From IMG/VR virus record IMGVR_UViG_3300047089_000113, positions 16,595 through 80,594 of that record: 64,000 nt of DNA, one strand, 5' to 3'. The notes below the pieces were generated by a model. That model was not told the origin of the DNA and searched no databases. It saw nothing but the letters and a program-made list of their open reading frames with translations. Position numbers and translations under genes: made by a program. Source of the DNA: a virus. This document shows, piece by piece, positions 39,064 through 48,352 of the stretch (position 1 is its first letter; each line of letters opens with the position of its first letter).

Positions 39064-40011
39064 ATGGGAGAGCGCCCGAGAGGCCCGCTGCCCGGCTGGC
39101 AGCCGCAGCCCGGCTTCCAGGCCGCGCTGCTGGCCGACATCATGGACCGGCTGAACCAGCACGACCGCGAGGGAACGCTGCCGCGCTCCCCGCGCGGGCT
39201 GTTCTACGACCTGCGCCCGTCCGGCTACGGCCGGGGCATCACCTACACCAAGTACCCGGCGATGCACCGGGTGGGCACCCAGCAGCGCAAGGTCAACCCG
39301 ATGGACGCCTCCGTATCTCACGTGCAGGAAGTCCTGGCCCTGGCCCGGCGAGCCGGGCTCGTGCGCGAGAGCTGGATAGAGGACACCCGCGCCCCGCTCC
39401 CGGCGGTGCCGTCCTACGACACCGAGACCGCCGAGCAGGTGGCCGGGCAGCTAGCCGATATGGTCCGCAACCCGGCCCTGGAGTACAGCCCGCAGGAGGA
39501 CCAGGAGACCTACCTGGAGGTGCTGGTGGAGGCCGCCGGGCTGATCAGCCGCCTGGAGCGGATCGCCGCGCCGTACGGCGTGCCGGTCTACTCCGGTGGC
39601 GGGTACGGCGGCATCAAGGGCAAGCGGGCGGCAGGTGGCCGCGCCGCGCGCCGCGAGGTGCCGACCGTGGTGCTCCAGGTCACCGACTACGACGACCACG
39701 GGCTGAGGATCGCCCGCGCGTCAACGGAGGACAGCACCGCCTGGGCCGAGCAGTACTACGACGCGGAGCCGGGCTGGCTGACGTTCGAGCGGATCGCGCT
39801 GACCGAGGACCAGGCCGCCAGCGCCGACCTGCTCGACCAGTTCGGCAAGGCCGAGGCGGACGGGCTGCCGGTGCCGGTCATGGACCAGATCCTGCGCGAT
39901 GCGATCGAGGGCTACCAGGACCCGGCCCTGCGCGAGCAGACCATCGCCCGCGCCGCCGGGGAGCGCGAGCGCGTCCCGGATCTGGTCCGGGAGCTGCTGG
40001 CCCAGGACTAG
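39064..40011 (+). CDS. Toprim-domain protein (Topo VI-A/JetD-like)
   Basis: R.LFY winged-helix Tyr motif, EV.VE, DYDDHG, RIALT..Q, E.D.L; AAGGAG RBS. Confidence 0.7.
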   Translation: MGERPRGPLPGWQPQPGFQAALLADIMDRLNQHDREGTLPRSPRGLFYDLRPSGYGRGITYTKYPAMHRVGTQQRKVNPMDASVSHVQEVLALARRAGLVRESWIEDTRAPLPAVPSYDTETAEQVAGQLADMVRNPALEYSPQEDQETYLEVLVEAAGLISRLERIAAPYGVPVYSGGGYGGIKGKRAAGGRAARREVPTVVLQVTDYDDHGLRIARASTEDSTAWAEQYYDAEPGWLTFERIALTEDQAASADLLDQFGKAEADGLPVPVMDQILRDAIEGYQDPALREQTIARAAGERERVPDLVRELLAQD

Positions 40012-40024
40012 TGATAGCCTCCGG

Positions 40025-40056
40025 GGAATGCCTGGTGTACGCAGGGTGTTGACACC
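40025..40056 (+). promoter_or_regulatory. GGAAT-N18-GTT promoter with operator
   Basis: GGAAT 40025, GTT 40048, GGTGTTGACACC. Confidence 0.7.
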
Positions 40057-40158
40057 AACTGCGGCCACCAGGCCGCCAAGGTCACGATCAAGATCAAGAT
40101 GATCCTGGCCAGTCTCTATGCCCCGTCCTGGGGCTGACTAGCAAAGGAAGTACCACAA

Positions 40159-41079
40159 GTGGAAAACGAGGACTTCAAGGTCCCGTGCAAGGCCGCGTTC
40201 GAGTTCATCACGCCCGAGAAGGCGAAGCAGATGCTCGACACCGGCATCAACCGGCGCAACCGGAAGGTGACGGAGCCCGCCAAGAAGCGGCTCCAGGGCA
40301 TCATCGAGCGCGGCGAGTGGATGTTCGACTCCACCGACGCGATCGGCACGGCCAAGGACGGCTCTGTCGTCAACGGCCAGCACCGCCTCACCGCGATCTC
40401 CGAGGGCAGCAAGGGAGTCTGGGCACTGGTTGTCCGGGGCGTCCGGCCCGAGATCATCAAGGTGATCGACCAGCCGACGATGCGGACGATCCAGCAGGCG
40501 CTGGAAATCGACGGCCGGTTCCCCGAGCCGGGTCCGCTGGCATCTGCGCTGAAGGACACCCACAAGTACCTGATCCACGGGTTCAAGAAGACCCTGCCGA
40601 CCGAGTACAAGCCCACCATCCCGCAGCTCCTGGAGCTGCTGGCTGAGCACCCGCACCTGGTAGACAGCCTCGGCCTGGCCGGGAAGGTCTACCGCAACCC
40701 CTACAAGGCGCTCCCCAAGGGAGCCTGGACCGCCCTGCACTACGCCTTTAGCTGCGCCGACGCGGAGCTGGCTGACCAGTTCCTCACGGCCATCGCTACC
40801 GGCGAGGACATCAACGACGGCGATCCCGCCTACCTGCTCCGGGAGCGGTTCTTCATCACCGAGCCCAGCAAGGCCAACGACACGCGCAAGCGGACCCTGG
40901 AGGTTCACGAGGCCGTGTCCCTGGCCATCATGGCGTGGGAGGCAACCCGCGCTGGCGGGCTGACCGTCAAGGAGACCAAGGTGCTCCGCACCGGCTTCCC
41001 GCTGGCGGCTGCCCCGATGCCGGTCGTGACCGGCGTGCCGTGGCTGGCCCGCGACGACAACGGGAAGGCGGCTGCCTGA
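40159..41079 (+). CDS. ParB/Srx-like N-terminal domain protein
   Basis: ITP..A..L...NR...G.W...NGQHRL.AI. Confidence 0.7.
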   Translation: MENEDFKVPCKAAFEFITPEKAKQMLDTGINRRNRKVTEPAKKRLQGIIERGEWMFDSTDAIGTAKDGSVVNGQHRLTAISEGSKGVWALVVRGVRPEIIKVIDQPTMRTIQQALEIDGRFPEPGPLASALKDTHKYLIHGFKKTLPTEYKPTIPQLLELLAEHPHLVDSLGLAGKVYRNPYKALPKGAWTALHYAFSCADAELADQFLTAIATGEDINDGDPAYLLRERFFITEPSKANDTRKRTLEVHEAVSLAIMAWEATRAGGLTVKETKVLRTGFPLAAAPMPVVTGVPWLARDDNGKAAA

Positions 41080-41080
41080 G

Positions 41081-41998
41081 ATGAACACCCGCCACCTCGC
41101 GGTGGTGGACTCGGCGGGCCGGGGCGATTCAGCCCCGGCCCTGCCGGGCTCTGGCCGCGAATATGACAGGATCGTGGCCGCCGCGCTCGATGAAGACGAG
41201 AAGAAGGGCAGCTACTTCAAGTTCCGCACAGCCGAAGCCCTGGCGCTGGATATCCCGGAAATAGGCGGCGGCAACCGGCGGCCTGAGAAGGACATCCCCG
41301 CGAGGCTTGCCGAAGCTCGCCAGGCCATCATCGACGCTGGCGGGAAAGCACGGTCAGCGGGGACACTAAAGGACTACCGCCTGGCCGCTCTGTGGGTCAT
41401 AGATAGGGATCTCCCTACTTATGCTTTCCGGTGGGTAACCGGGGCGGCGATCAACACGCACGCCGAGGCTCGCAAGTATGGCATGTCCTATGAGGACTTT
41501 GCCACCTTGCCCCCGGAAGACCGGAAGGTGGACAGGATACGCGAGATGCACGGTGCCGCGACAACTCACGGCAGCCCGAGCGGCAGGAAGCCCGCCAAGG
41601 TGGCTAAGGCCGAGGTCAGCGCTCGCAAAGAGAAGCGCAAGGCTGAGCTAGCTGAAAGCGCGAAGTCCAGGGACGCCATCCGCGAGAACGCCTACAACAC
41701 GATGCGCAACGCCCCGCCCGGAGCGCAGAATAACCCGATGTTCTGGCGCGCGTCCAAGGTGGAAGCGCTGATCAACGAGCTGCGCTCGATCGAGCCCGAG
41801 GTTGCGGCCAGTAATCTCGTCCCGCCCGCGTTCCGCTTCTTCACCGCCGAGAACCGCGACTGGTGGGACCGGTTTGTCACGGCCTGCGAGAAGCGGCTGG
41901 CGGATGAGATGCCAGGTGAGAAGCCGCTGAAGCGGCACCCGGCACGGGCTCCGTGGGCCGAGTCGGGCCTGGACACCGGGCGGGAGTCACCGTCATGA
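41081..41998 (+). CDS. Hypothetical protein
   Basis: 305 aa, coupled; more A/T-ending codons than its neighbours. Confidence 0.55.
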   Translation: MNTRHLAVVDSAGRGDSAPALPGSGREYDRIVAAALDEDEKKGSYFKFRTAEALALDIPEIGGGNRRPEKDIPARLAEARQAIIDAGGKARSAGTLKDYRLAALWVIDRDLPTYAFRWVTGAAINTHAEARKYGMSYEDFATLPPEDRKVDRIREMHGAATTHGSPSGRKPAKVAKAEVSARKEKRKAELAESAKSRDAIRENAYNTMRNAPPGAQNNPMFWRASKVEALINELRSIEPEVAASNLVPPAFRFFTAENRDWWDRFVTACEKRLADEMPGEKPLKRHPARAPWAESGLDTGRESPS

Positions 41999-42267
41999 AC
42001 AGCGAGCTGGTCAAGCGGCTGCTGGACATCGGGGACACCATGATGGAGCCCGAGCAGCAGCGTGTCCTGCACGGCAGCATGATCATGGAGATGCTGGCCG
42101 AGGCGCAGCAGGCCCGCGATGACTACCTGGCCGACATCCAGATGCTGCGCGAGCGCGGCCACGATTTCGAGCCCGACCAGAAGCTGCTGACCGCCCTGTC
42201 CGATGTGATCACCGCACTTGCCGAGCACGCGACGGCCCTGTTCGAGGGCGGCGAGGACGGTGAGTAA
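41995..42267 (+). CDS. Hypothetical acidic helical protein
   Basis: ATGA overlap with the upstream stop. Confidence 0.5.
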   Translation: MNSELVKRLLDIGDTMMEPEQQRVLHGSMIMEMLAEAQQARDDYLADIQMLRERGHDFEPDQKLLTALSDVITALAEHATALFEGGEDGE

Positions 42268-42472
42268 GCGCCGGTTCCAGAACAAGGCGGCGAAGGAGCT
42301 GGCTGACCAGATCCGGGCGGCCGACCCGTCTGCGGTGATCGAGTTCAACCGGCTCGGACATCTCAAGGTCACCGGCCCGGCCGGGACCGCCGTGATCCCC
42401 GGCAAGCCGAAGTTCCCGGCCAAGTCGCGGGTGCGGCTGGCCCGTTACGCTGGCATCTACCTGGCCGCCTGA
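42260..42472 (+). CDS. Small basic HicA-like protein
   Basis: About 70 aa; helix, then GHLKV..P.G..V.P, then helix. Confidence 0.45.
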   Translation: MSKRRFQNKAAKELADQIRAADPSAVIEFNRLGHLKVTGPAGTAVIPGKPKFPAKSRVRLARYAGIYLAA

Positions 42473-42537
42473 GCACCGAGCGCCCGTCACTTTCAGGTCC
42501 CCCAGTGGCGGGCGTTCGGCATTCCCGCAGGCCAGCG

Positions 42538-42568
42538 GGAAGACCGGCGTCAGTTACCCTGTTTACAG
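42538..42568 (+). promoter_or_regulatory. GGAAG-N18-GTT promoter variant with TGTTTACA core
   Basis: Exact 18-nt spacing; lies after the hairpin at 42481-42514. Confidence 0.5.
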
Positions 42569-42597
42569 GAAGATGACGATGAGGAATAGGTGCTGAG

Positions 42598-43101
42598 ATG
42601 GCTGTTACCGTTGCCGGTCGCGTGATCGAGGGCCACCTGGCGTGCCCGCCGGTCAGCACCGAGCTGGACGAGGAAACCGGGCGCAAGCGCGAGCGCTTCG
42701 TGACCATGGAGCTGTACGCCCTGGATGACGGCGGCTGGCTGGCGCACCGTACCGGCTGGTCGGTGATCTACCACCGCCGCGATACCTTCTGCACCACGCG
42801 CGGGGGCCGCAAGAGCGGGGACCTGGCCAGCGTCGATGACCTGCCCGACGACGCGATGCCGTGCCCGCAGTGCCAGCCCCCCGCTCCCCGCAGGCTGCCC
42901 GATGGGCCGGGCGTGGTCCGGTTCGAGTTCCCCCGGCATAGCTGGGACCAGTGCCCGACGCCTGAGCTGATCAAGATGCGGCTGACCACGGTGCGGTCCC
43001 GCGACGGCGGGATCAGCGAGTTCATGAGCGAGCCGGTGGCCGAGCTGCTGCGCAACGCCGCCGCGATCTACCCTGAGTTTGCGCCGCTGCTCGCGGCGTG
43101 A
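42598..43101 (+). CDS. Hypothetical protein with Cys motif
   Basis: H...C...CPQC, 167 aa. Confidence 0.55.
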   Translation: MAVTVAGRVIEGHLACPPVSTELDEETGRKRERFVTMELYALDDGGWLAHRTGWSVIYHRRDTFCTTRGGRKSGDLASVDDLPDDAMPCPQCQPPAPRRLPDGPGVVRFEFPRHSWDQCPTPELIKMRLTTVRSRDGGISEFMSEPVAELLRNAAAIYPEFAPLLAA

Positions 43102-43180
43102 CGTAGGGTGTAAACACCTGGCTCGCGCTCTCCCCCCCAGGCGCGGGCCAGGTCTGATAACGATGAGGAAGGCCGCAGCC

Positions 43181-43759
43181 GTGAACACCGATATCGACAA
43201 GCTGGAGCCCGGCACGTTCGGCGTCAGCCACGGCGGCGGCACCGCCGGGGAGCTGATCCGGCACGCTACCGGCTCCTGGGCCGGGCACGCCTTCCTGTAC
43301 CTGGGCGGCGGGCTGATCGTGCAGGGCCAGCCCCCGCAGGCGGCCACCGCGCCCGCAGCCAGCCACGGTGACGCCATCTGGGCCTGGCGGATGTGGGACT
43401 ACCTGCGCGAGAACGGCTGGACCGCCGACCAGGCCGCCGCCGCCCAGGCCAAGGTGGTCGAGCGCGGCAGGCAGCTCATCGGGTGCAGCTACGATTTCGA
43501 GGCGTACGGCGCGTTCACCCTGATGGTGCTGAAGCTGCGCACCGCCGGGCAGCTCTCCCCGCTGTTCCGCCGGGACGCCTGGCGGGTGTGCTCGGCGCTG
43601 GTGGCCGATGCCGTGGAGTACGGCGGGGTGCCGCTGCACTTTGAGTCCGGCGACGGGCCGGGCCTGGCGCAGCAGGAAGACCTGAAGGTGATCATGCCGC
43701 CCAACCTGGTGGCCCCCGGCATGCTGCTGGGCCTGTCCCAGCGGCTCGGCTGGTCCTGA
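43181..43759 (+). CDS. Permuted papain-like NlpC/P60 (YiiX/YaeF-like) enzyme
   Basis: His before Cys: WAGHAFLYLG...G..YD...CSALVA; start may be 43163. Confidence 0.75.
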   Translation: MNTDIDKLEPGTFGVSHGGGTAGELIRHATGSWAGHAFLYLGGGLIVQGQPPQAATAPAASHGDAIWAWRMWDYLRENGWTADQAAAAQAKVVERGRQLIGCSYDFEAYGAFTLMVLKLRTAGQLSPLFRRDAWRVCSALVADAVEYGGVPLHFESGDGPGLAQQEDLKVIMPPNLVAPGMLLGLSQRLGWS

Positions 43760-43901
43760 TGGCCGACGATGATCCTCGGGCGCACTACGCCGTCAGGGTG
43801 ACCGATCTCCCGCCCACCGAGATCGTCTGCAAGTGCGGCGAGACGTTCACCGGAGACGACACGATCGGCCAGGTCAAGGCCCACATGGACGCGCTCAACT
43901 G

Positions 43902-45659
43902 ATGCCCGGAGCCCTGGACTCGGTGCGGCTTCACCTCGTTTCCAGCCTGGACGAGCTGGAAGCCTGCCGCCGCTGGGCTGGCGAGCGCCGCGACGTGCCG
44001 CTGTTCGCGGACACCGAGTCCGCCGGGCTCAATCCCCATCATGACCGGATGCGGATGGTGCAACTGGGGGACCTGAACCACGGCTGGGCGTTCCCGCGCG
44101 GCTGGTGGGGAGGCGCGATCGAGCTGCTGACCCGGTACGCCGGGGCCATCGGCTTCCACAACTCCCCGTACGACTGGCGGGTGCTGGCCGTCCACGAGCA
44201 GGTTGAGCCGCAGTGGCACAAGACCGAGGACACGCTGCTGCTCGGGCACATCGCGGACTCACTGCGGCTGGCCGGGCTGAAGCCGAGGGCCACCCAGGAA
44301 GTGGACCCTCGGGCGCTGCGCGGCGAGCAGGTACTGAGCGAGGGCATGAAGGCCCGGCACTGGACCTGGGATGACGTGCCGGATACCTGGGCTCCCTACT
44401 GGATGTACGCCGCCCTGGACCCGGTGCTGGCCGCGCACCTGTGGGCCGCGCCGTCCTTCACCCGCGCCCGGACCATCTACCGCGAGGCGTACGACCTGGA
44501 GCGCGCGACCGCGCGGATCTGCGCCCGGATGATGCTCACCGGGATGAGGCTCGACGTCCCCTACATCACCGAGCGGATCTCCGAGATCCAGGACTACACG
44601 CACCGCGCCGGGAGCTGGCTGAGCGGCACGTTCGGGATCAATAATCCGGGGTCAACGAAGCAGGTCACGGCGGCGATGGCCGAGTGGGGCATCCCGGTCT
44701 CGGTGTACACCGAGAAGGGCAACCCGAGCCTGAACAAAGAGGCGCTGGGCTATTACGCGCTGGCGTACCCGCAGCACAAGGAGCTGTTCGACGCCGTTCG
44801 CTGGTGCCGCAAGGGCAACTCGATGGTGAACAACTACCTGGGCAAGTTCCTGACCTTGCGCAATGACGACATCCTGCACTACAACATCCACTCCTGCCGC
44901 GCCCGCACGACGCGGATGAGCATTACCGACCCGGCCATGCAGACCTTTGACCGCGACGTCCCGGCTATCCGGGGCGGCTTCCAGCCGCGTGAGGGCTACG
45001 CGCTGATCACCATTGACGCCGATCAGATAGAGGCACGGCTTACTGCTCATTACGCCAATGACCCGCGCATGATCGCGGACTTCCGCTATGCCGATGAGCA
45101 CAAGCTGAAGTTCTTCATCGAGATGGCCAGCCGCATTTACGCCGAGCGGATATCCAAGCGCGACCCCCGGTACACCTGGACCAAGAACGCCACCTACGGC
45201 CAGATTTACGGTGCCGGGCTGGCGAAGGCGGCGGTAACCGCCGGGGTGCCGGTGGAGGTCATGAGGCCCGCTTACGAGGGCCTGAGCCAGATGTACCCGA
45301 ACGTCGCCCGGTACATGAACTACCTGATCCGCACCGGCAAGAGCGGTCGGCCGAAAGTGCAGACCATCGACGGCCGGTGGCTGTACACCAACCGGGGGCA
45401 TGAGTACGCGCTGCTCAACACGCAGATCCAGGCCAACGCCGCGATCGTGCTGAAGCGCGGCATCATCAACCTGGACGCGGGCGGCCTGGGCGAGTTCCTG
45501 CGGCTGCCGGTGCACGACGAGCTGTTGCTTGAGGCCCCGGTCGCCATGGCGGCCGACGTGCTGCGCGAGGCCGAGCGCATCCTGACCGACCGCGAGAGCT
45601 TCAGAGTTCCAATTACTTGGAGCGGCAGCATCCTCACCGAGAGATGGGTGAAAACCTGA
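43902..45659 (+). CDS. polA: Family A DNA polymerase with 3'-5' exonuclease
   Basis: Exo DTES, HN..YD, YAALD; motif A DADQIEAR, motif B KNATYGQIYG, motif C VHDE. Confidence 0.93.
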   Translation: MPGALDSVRLHLVSSLDELEACRRWAGERRDVPLFADTESAGLNPHHDRMRMVQLGDLNHGWAFPRGWWGGAIELLTRYAGAIGFHNSPYDWRVLAVHEQVEPQWHKTEDTLLLGHIADSLRLAGLKPRATQEVDPRALRGEQVLSEGMKARHWTWDDVPDTWAPYWMYAALDPVLAAHLWAAPSFTRARTIYREAYDLERATARICARMMLTGMRLDVPYITERISEIQDYTHRAGSWLSGTFGINNPGSTKQVTAAMAEWGIPVSVYTEKGNPSLNKEALGYYALAYPQHKELFDAVRWCRKGNSMVNNYLGKFLTLRNDDILHYNIHSCRARTTRMSITDPAMQTFDRDVPAIRGGFQPREGYALITIDADQIEARLTAHYANDPRMIADFRYADEHKLKFFIEMASRIYAERISKRDPRYTWTKNATYGQIYGAGLAKAAVTAGVPVEVMRPAYEGLSQMYPNVARYMNYLIRTGKSGRPKVQTIDGRWLYTNRGHEYALLNTQIQANAAIVLKRGIINLDAGGLGEFLRLPVHDELLLEAPVAMAADVLREAERILTDRESFRVPITWSGSILTERWVKT

Positions 45660-45904
45660 TGACTGACTACTACACCAAGCGCCCCGTCAAGGGAACCGGC
45701 ACTGGCGGCCAGGCAACCGTGACGCAGCCGAAGGTCCAGGAAGTTCTCAGGTGGATCAGGGCGCTACCGATGGGGGCAGGGCCGAGACGCGCCGACTACC
45801 CGTCTTCGCATCATGTGGCGGATCTTGCCCGCCAGGTTGCCGTGGCGGACGGGCTCATGGTGCATACGGGGGGCCGCTACGTCCGCACCAGCAAGCTGGC
45901 CTAG

Positions 45905-46216
45905 ATGATCGGCTACCTGCACATCGGCAAGGTCCGCACCGAGATCGAGAGCATCACCTTCAACGAGGACTGCATGGTGGTGCGGGCCACGCTCGGGCCG
46001 GAAGTCGCGGCCGAGCTGAGAGGCCACGTGAAGATCGAGGGCCTGGACGGCACGGTCTGCTGGCGCGGCACCAAATGGCACGACTACGGCGTCAAGACAG
46101 CCGGGGGCGCGTTCGGGCCGAGCACCTGGACGATCGTGCTCAACGCCGACCTGTTCGACCGGACCAGCGCCACGATCACGGCCAGGTACGAGAACGGGCC
46201 GCTGGAGATCCCGTGA
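45905..46216 (+). CDS. Hypothetical protein
   Basis: Coupled ORF after a small gene at 45660-45904. Confidence 0.45.
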   Translation: MIGYLHIGKVRTEIESITFNEDCMVVRATLGPEVAAELRGHVKIEGLDGTVCWRGTKWHDYGVKTAGGAFGPSTWTIVLNADLFDRTSATITARYENGPLEIP

Positions 46217-46218
46217 CG

Positions 46219-46795
46219 TCAGACGGCGGGCGGGGCGTCGGGAGGCGCGGCTGGCGGGGTCACCAGCCCGCTGACGCCCTGCGTAGCCGTGTCGAGCGAT
46301 GTCTGCACGCTCTGGGCTCGGGCCGCGAGCGCGTCGAGCTGGGTGGTGTCCACGGGGGTACCGGCGGCTACCTGGGTAGCGAGGGCCTGGGTATCGGTGA
46401 CGAGCTGGGCTGCGTCCGCCGCGACTGCATCCATCATCGAGCTGATGGCTGCGACGTCGGCCTGGATCTGCTGTTCTGACATGAGGATCTGGTTTACCTT
46501 CCCGTGCATACGGTCAACGGAGGTCTGGAGGTTGGACAGTGCCGTGGTCACCTGGACGTACCAGGCTTGCGACGGGGCACGAGACGGGAACACGGCGGCG
46601 AGCCGCCTACGCAGGCGGTGCTGGCGGGACACTCTCGGCAGCCGGTGCAGTCTCGGCAACCTCATCGGCGCTGGCGCTGGCCTCGGCCACGACAGGCGTC
46701 TCCTGCGCGGCAGTGGCTTCCTCATCCCTGGCGCGCTGCTCCGCGATCTCGGCAGCTACGGCCTCGCGGTCTTGCGGCATGGTCATGATGACCTC
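46219..46795 (-). CDS. Two small reverse-strand genes (an acidic 46607-46795 and a coiled-coil gene ending at 46219)
   Basis: GGGAGG RBS before 46795; A/Q/D-rich helical products; antisense to the surrounding arm. Confidence 0.45.
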
Positions 46796-46837
46796 CCTTC
46801 GCCCTGAGCATTGCACCTACCCCTGAAGGAGGCAAAT

Positions 46838-47284
46838 ATGCCAGCCCCGCCGCCGGTCACGCTCTGGATAGACCCCGGTGGTCAGACCGGCTTCGCCTGC
46901 CTGGAGTTCAGCACGTTCTGGGCCGAGGAACACCCGTGGGACCGTGCCTGCGACAAGCTCACCGGCATGGCCAGCTACTACCGCACCGCGCTCTACATCG
47001 GCTGGGAGACGTTCACCATCCTGCCGAGCACGCACAAGCTGAGCCCGCAGCCCGAGGCGTACGAGTTCCCCGGCGTGATCAAGTACGTCGCCCGGACGTG
47101 GGGGTGCCGCCTGCTGCCGCCAGCCCGGCCGTCTGAGCGGAATGTGGCCACGCCCGAGATGCTGAAGCGGGTCGGCTGGTGGGTGCCCGGCAAGGATGAC
47201 GCCCAGTCCGCCAGCCAGCATCTGCTGGCCTTCTGCCTCCGCGAGAATTGCGTGCCGCACGCCATTGCGCCGATGATACGGTAG
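46838..47284 (+). CDS. RuvC-like Holliday junction resolvase
   Basis: IDPGGQTG, central E, DDAQSA..H; AAGGAGG RBS. Confidence 0.75.
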   Translation: MPAPPPVTLWIDPGGQTGFACLEFSTFWAEEHPWDRACDKLTGMASYYRTALYIGWETFTILPSTHKLSPQPEAYEFPGVIKYVARTWGCRLLPPARPSERNVATPEMLKRVGWWVPGKDDAQSASQHLLAFCLRENCVPHAIAPMIR

Positions 47285-47328
47285 GCTGTTTACACCGTCC
47301 GACCAACGATCACGATAAGGGACAGAAG

Positions 47329-47757
47329 ATGGCATCAAAGTCATCGCTTGCCGAGCGCCCGCGCATGCCCAAAGGCACGCCCGCTCAGCGCAAGCGCAAG
47401 GCGACCAAGATCAGCGAGATCCCGGTAACCCAGCGGGCCTGCCGAGCCGGACGCCACCCGTGGCCGTCCGACGAGCTGGAGACCGGCAAGGTGCTGCCGA
47501 AGGGCCTATCCGCCTTCTCCACCGAGACGTCCGGTGTCTACCAGCTCATCGACCAGTGCCAGCGGTGCGGCAAGGTCCGCTGGAAGCTGACGCTACCGGG
47601 CCACATCTACGACCCCGGCGCGAGCTGGCGCTACATCGACCCGCGCAACCAGCCCGGTTACGAGGACTGGGTGACGCTGGATGAATCCCTGGAAGTCACC
47701 AAGGGGGACCTGAAGGCGTACGCCATCGCGGAGCACGCGGAGGCGCTGTTCTCATGA
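47329..47757 (+). CDS. Hypothetical basic Zn-binding protein
   Basis: C....H.W...C.RCG. Confidence 0.55.
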   Translation: MASKSSLAERPRMPKGTPAQRKRKATKISEIPVTQRACRAGRHPWPSDELETGKVLPKGLSAFSTETSGVYQLIDQCQRCGKVRWKLTLPGHIYDPGASWRYIDPRNQPGYEDWVTLDESLEVTKGDLKAYAIAEHAEALFS

Positions 47758-47887
47758 GCACGCAGCAGATCATGCTGGTCATCCCGAAGGATCTGGCCGA
47801 TCGCATCCTGAAAGACCTGTCCATCCTGGACAGCCTGGCCCCGAAGTCCTTCGCCATCCTCGGTGACTACATCCGGGCTGAGATCTC

Positions 47888-48352
47888 ATGAAGAAGATCG
47901 TCGCCATAGACGACCTGGCCTACTACCGCAGCCAGGCCGAGATCGAGGCACCGCACGAGTTCACCTTCACCTGGGAGGGCACCACCTACGTGCTCGACCT
48001 GGGCGAGGGCAACCACGCCGACGTCACCAAGTACTTCACCGAACTGGCCAACGCGGCGACCATCCTGCGGAACAGGCCGGGAGCCAAGAACCCCGGCGGC
48101 AGCGGTCCCGGCACGTCCAACGGCGGCAGGAGCCGGAAGGAAAACGGGGAGCTGCGCGTCTGGGTCCGCGCAAACAACATAATGGCCAGGGAGGGCAAGC
48201 CACGGCTGGCGTTCCTGACCCCCGAGGGCAAGCACCGCTATCCCGAATGGCTATGGAGCGCTTACGACATGCGGGAGGCAGTCAATGGCCTGGGCGGCGA
48301 TCGACCCGAACAGCGGGCGGCCGATGCTGGCAATCGGGGCAGCAAAGGCTGA
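47888..48352 (+). CDS. lsr2: Lsr2-like nucleoid-associated protein
   Basis: IDDL...F...G..Y.LDL...N dimerisation domain and R.W...N....G...P.....AY DNA-binding domain. Confidence 0.75.
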   Translation: MKKIVAIDDLAYYRSQAEIEAPHEFTFTWEGTTYVLDLGEGNHADVTKYFTELANAATILRNRPGAKNPGGSGPGTSNGGRSRKENGELRVWVRANNIMAREGKPRLAFLTPEGKHRYPEWLWSAYDMREAVNGLGGDRPEQRAADAGNRGSKG

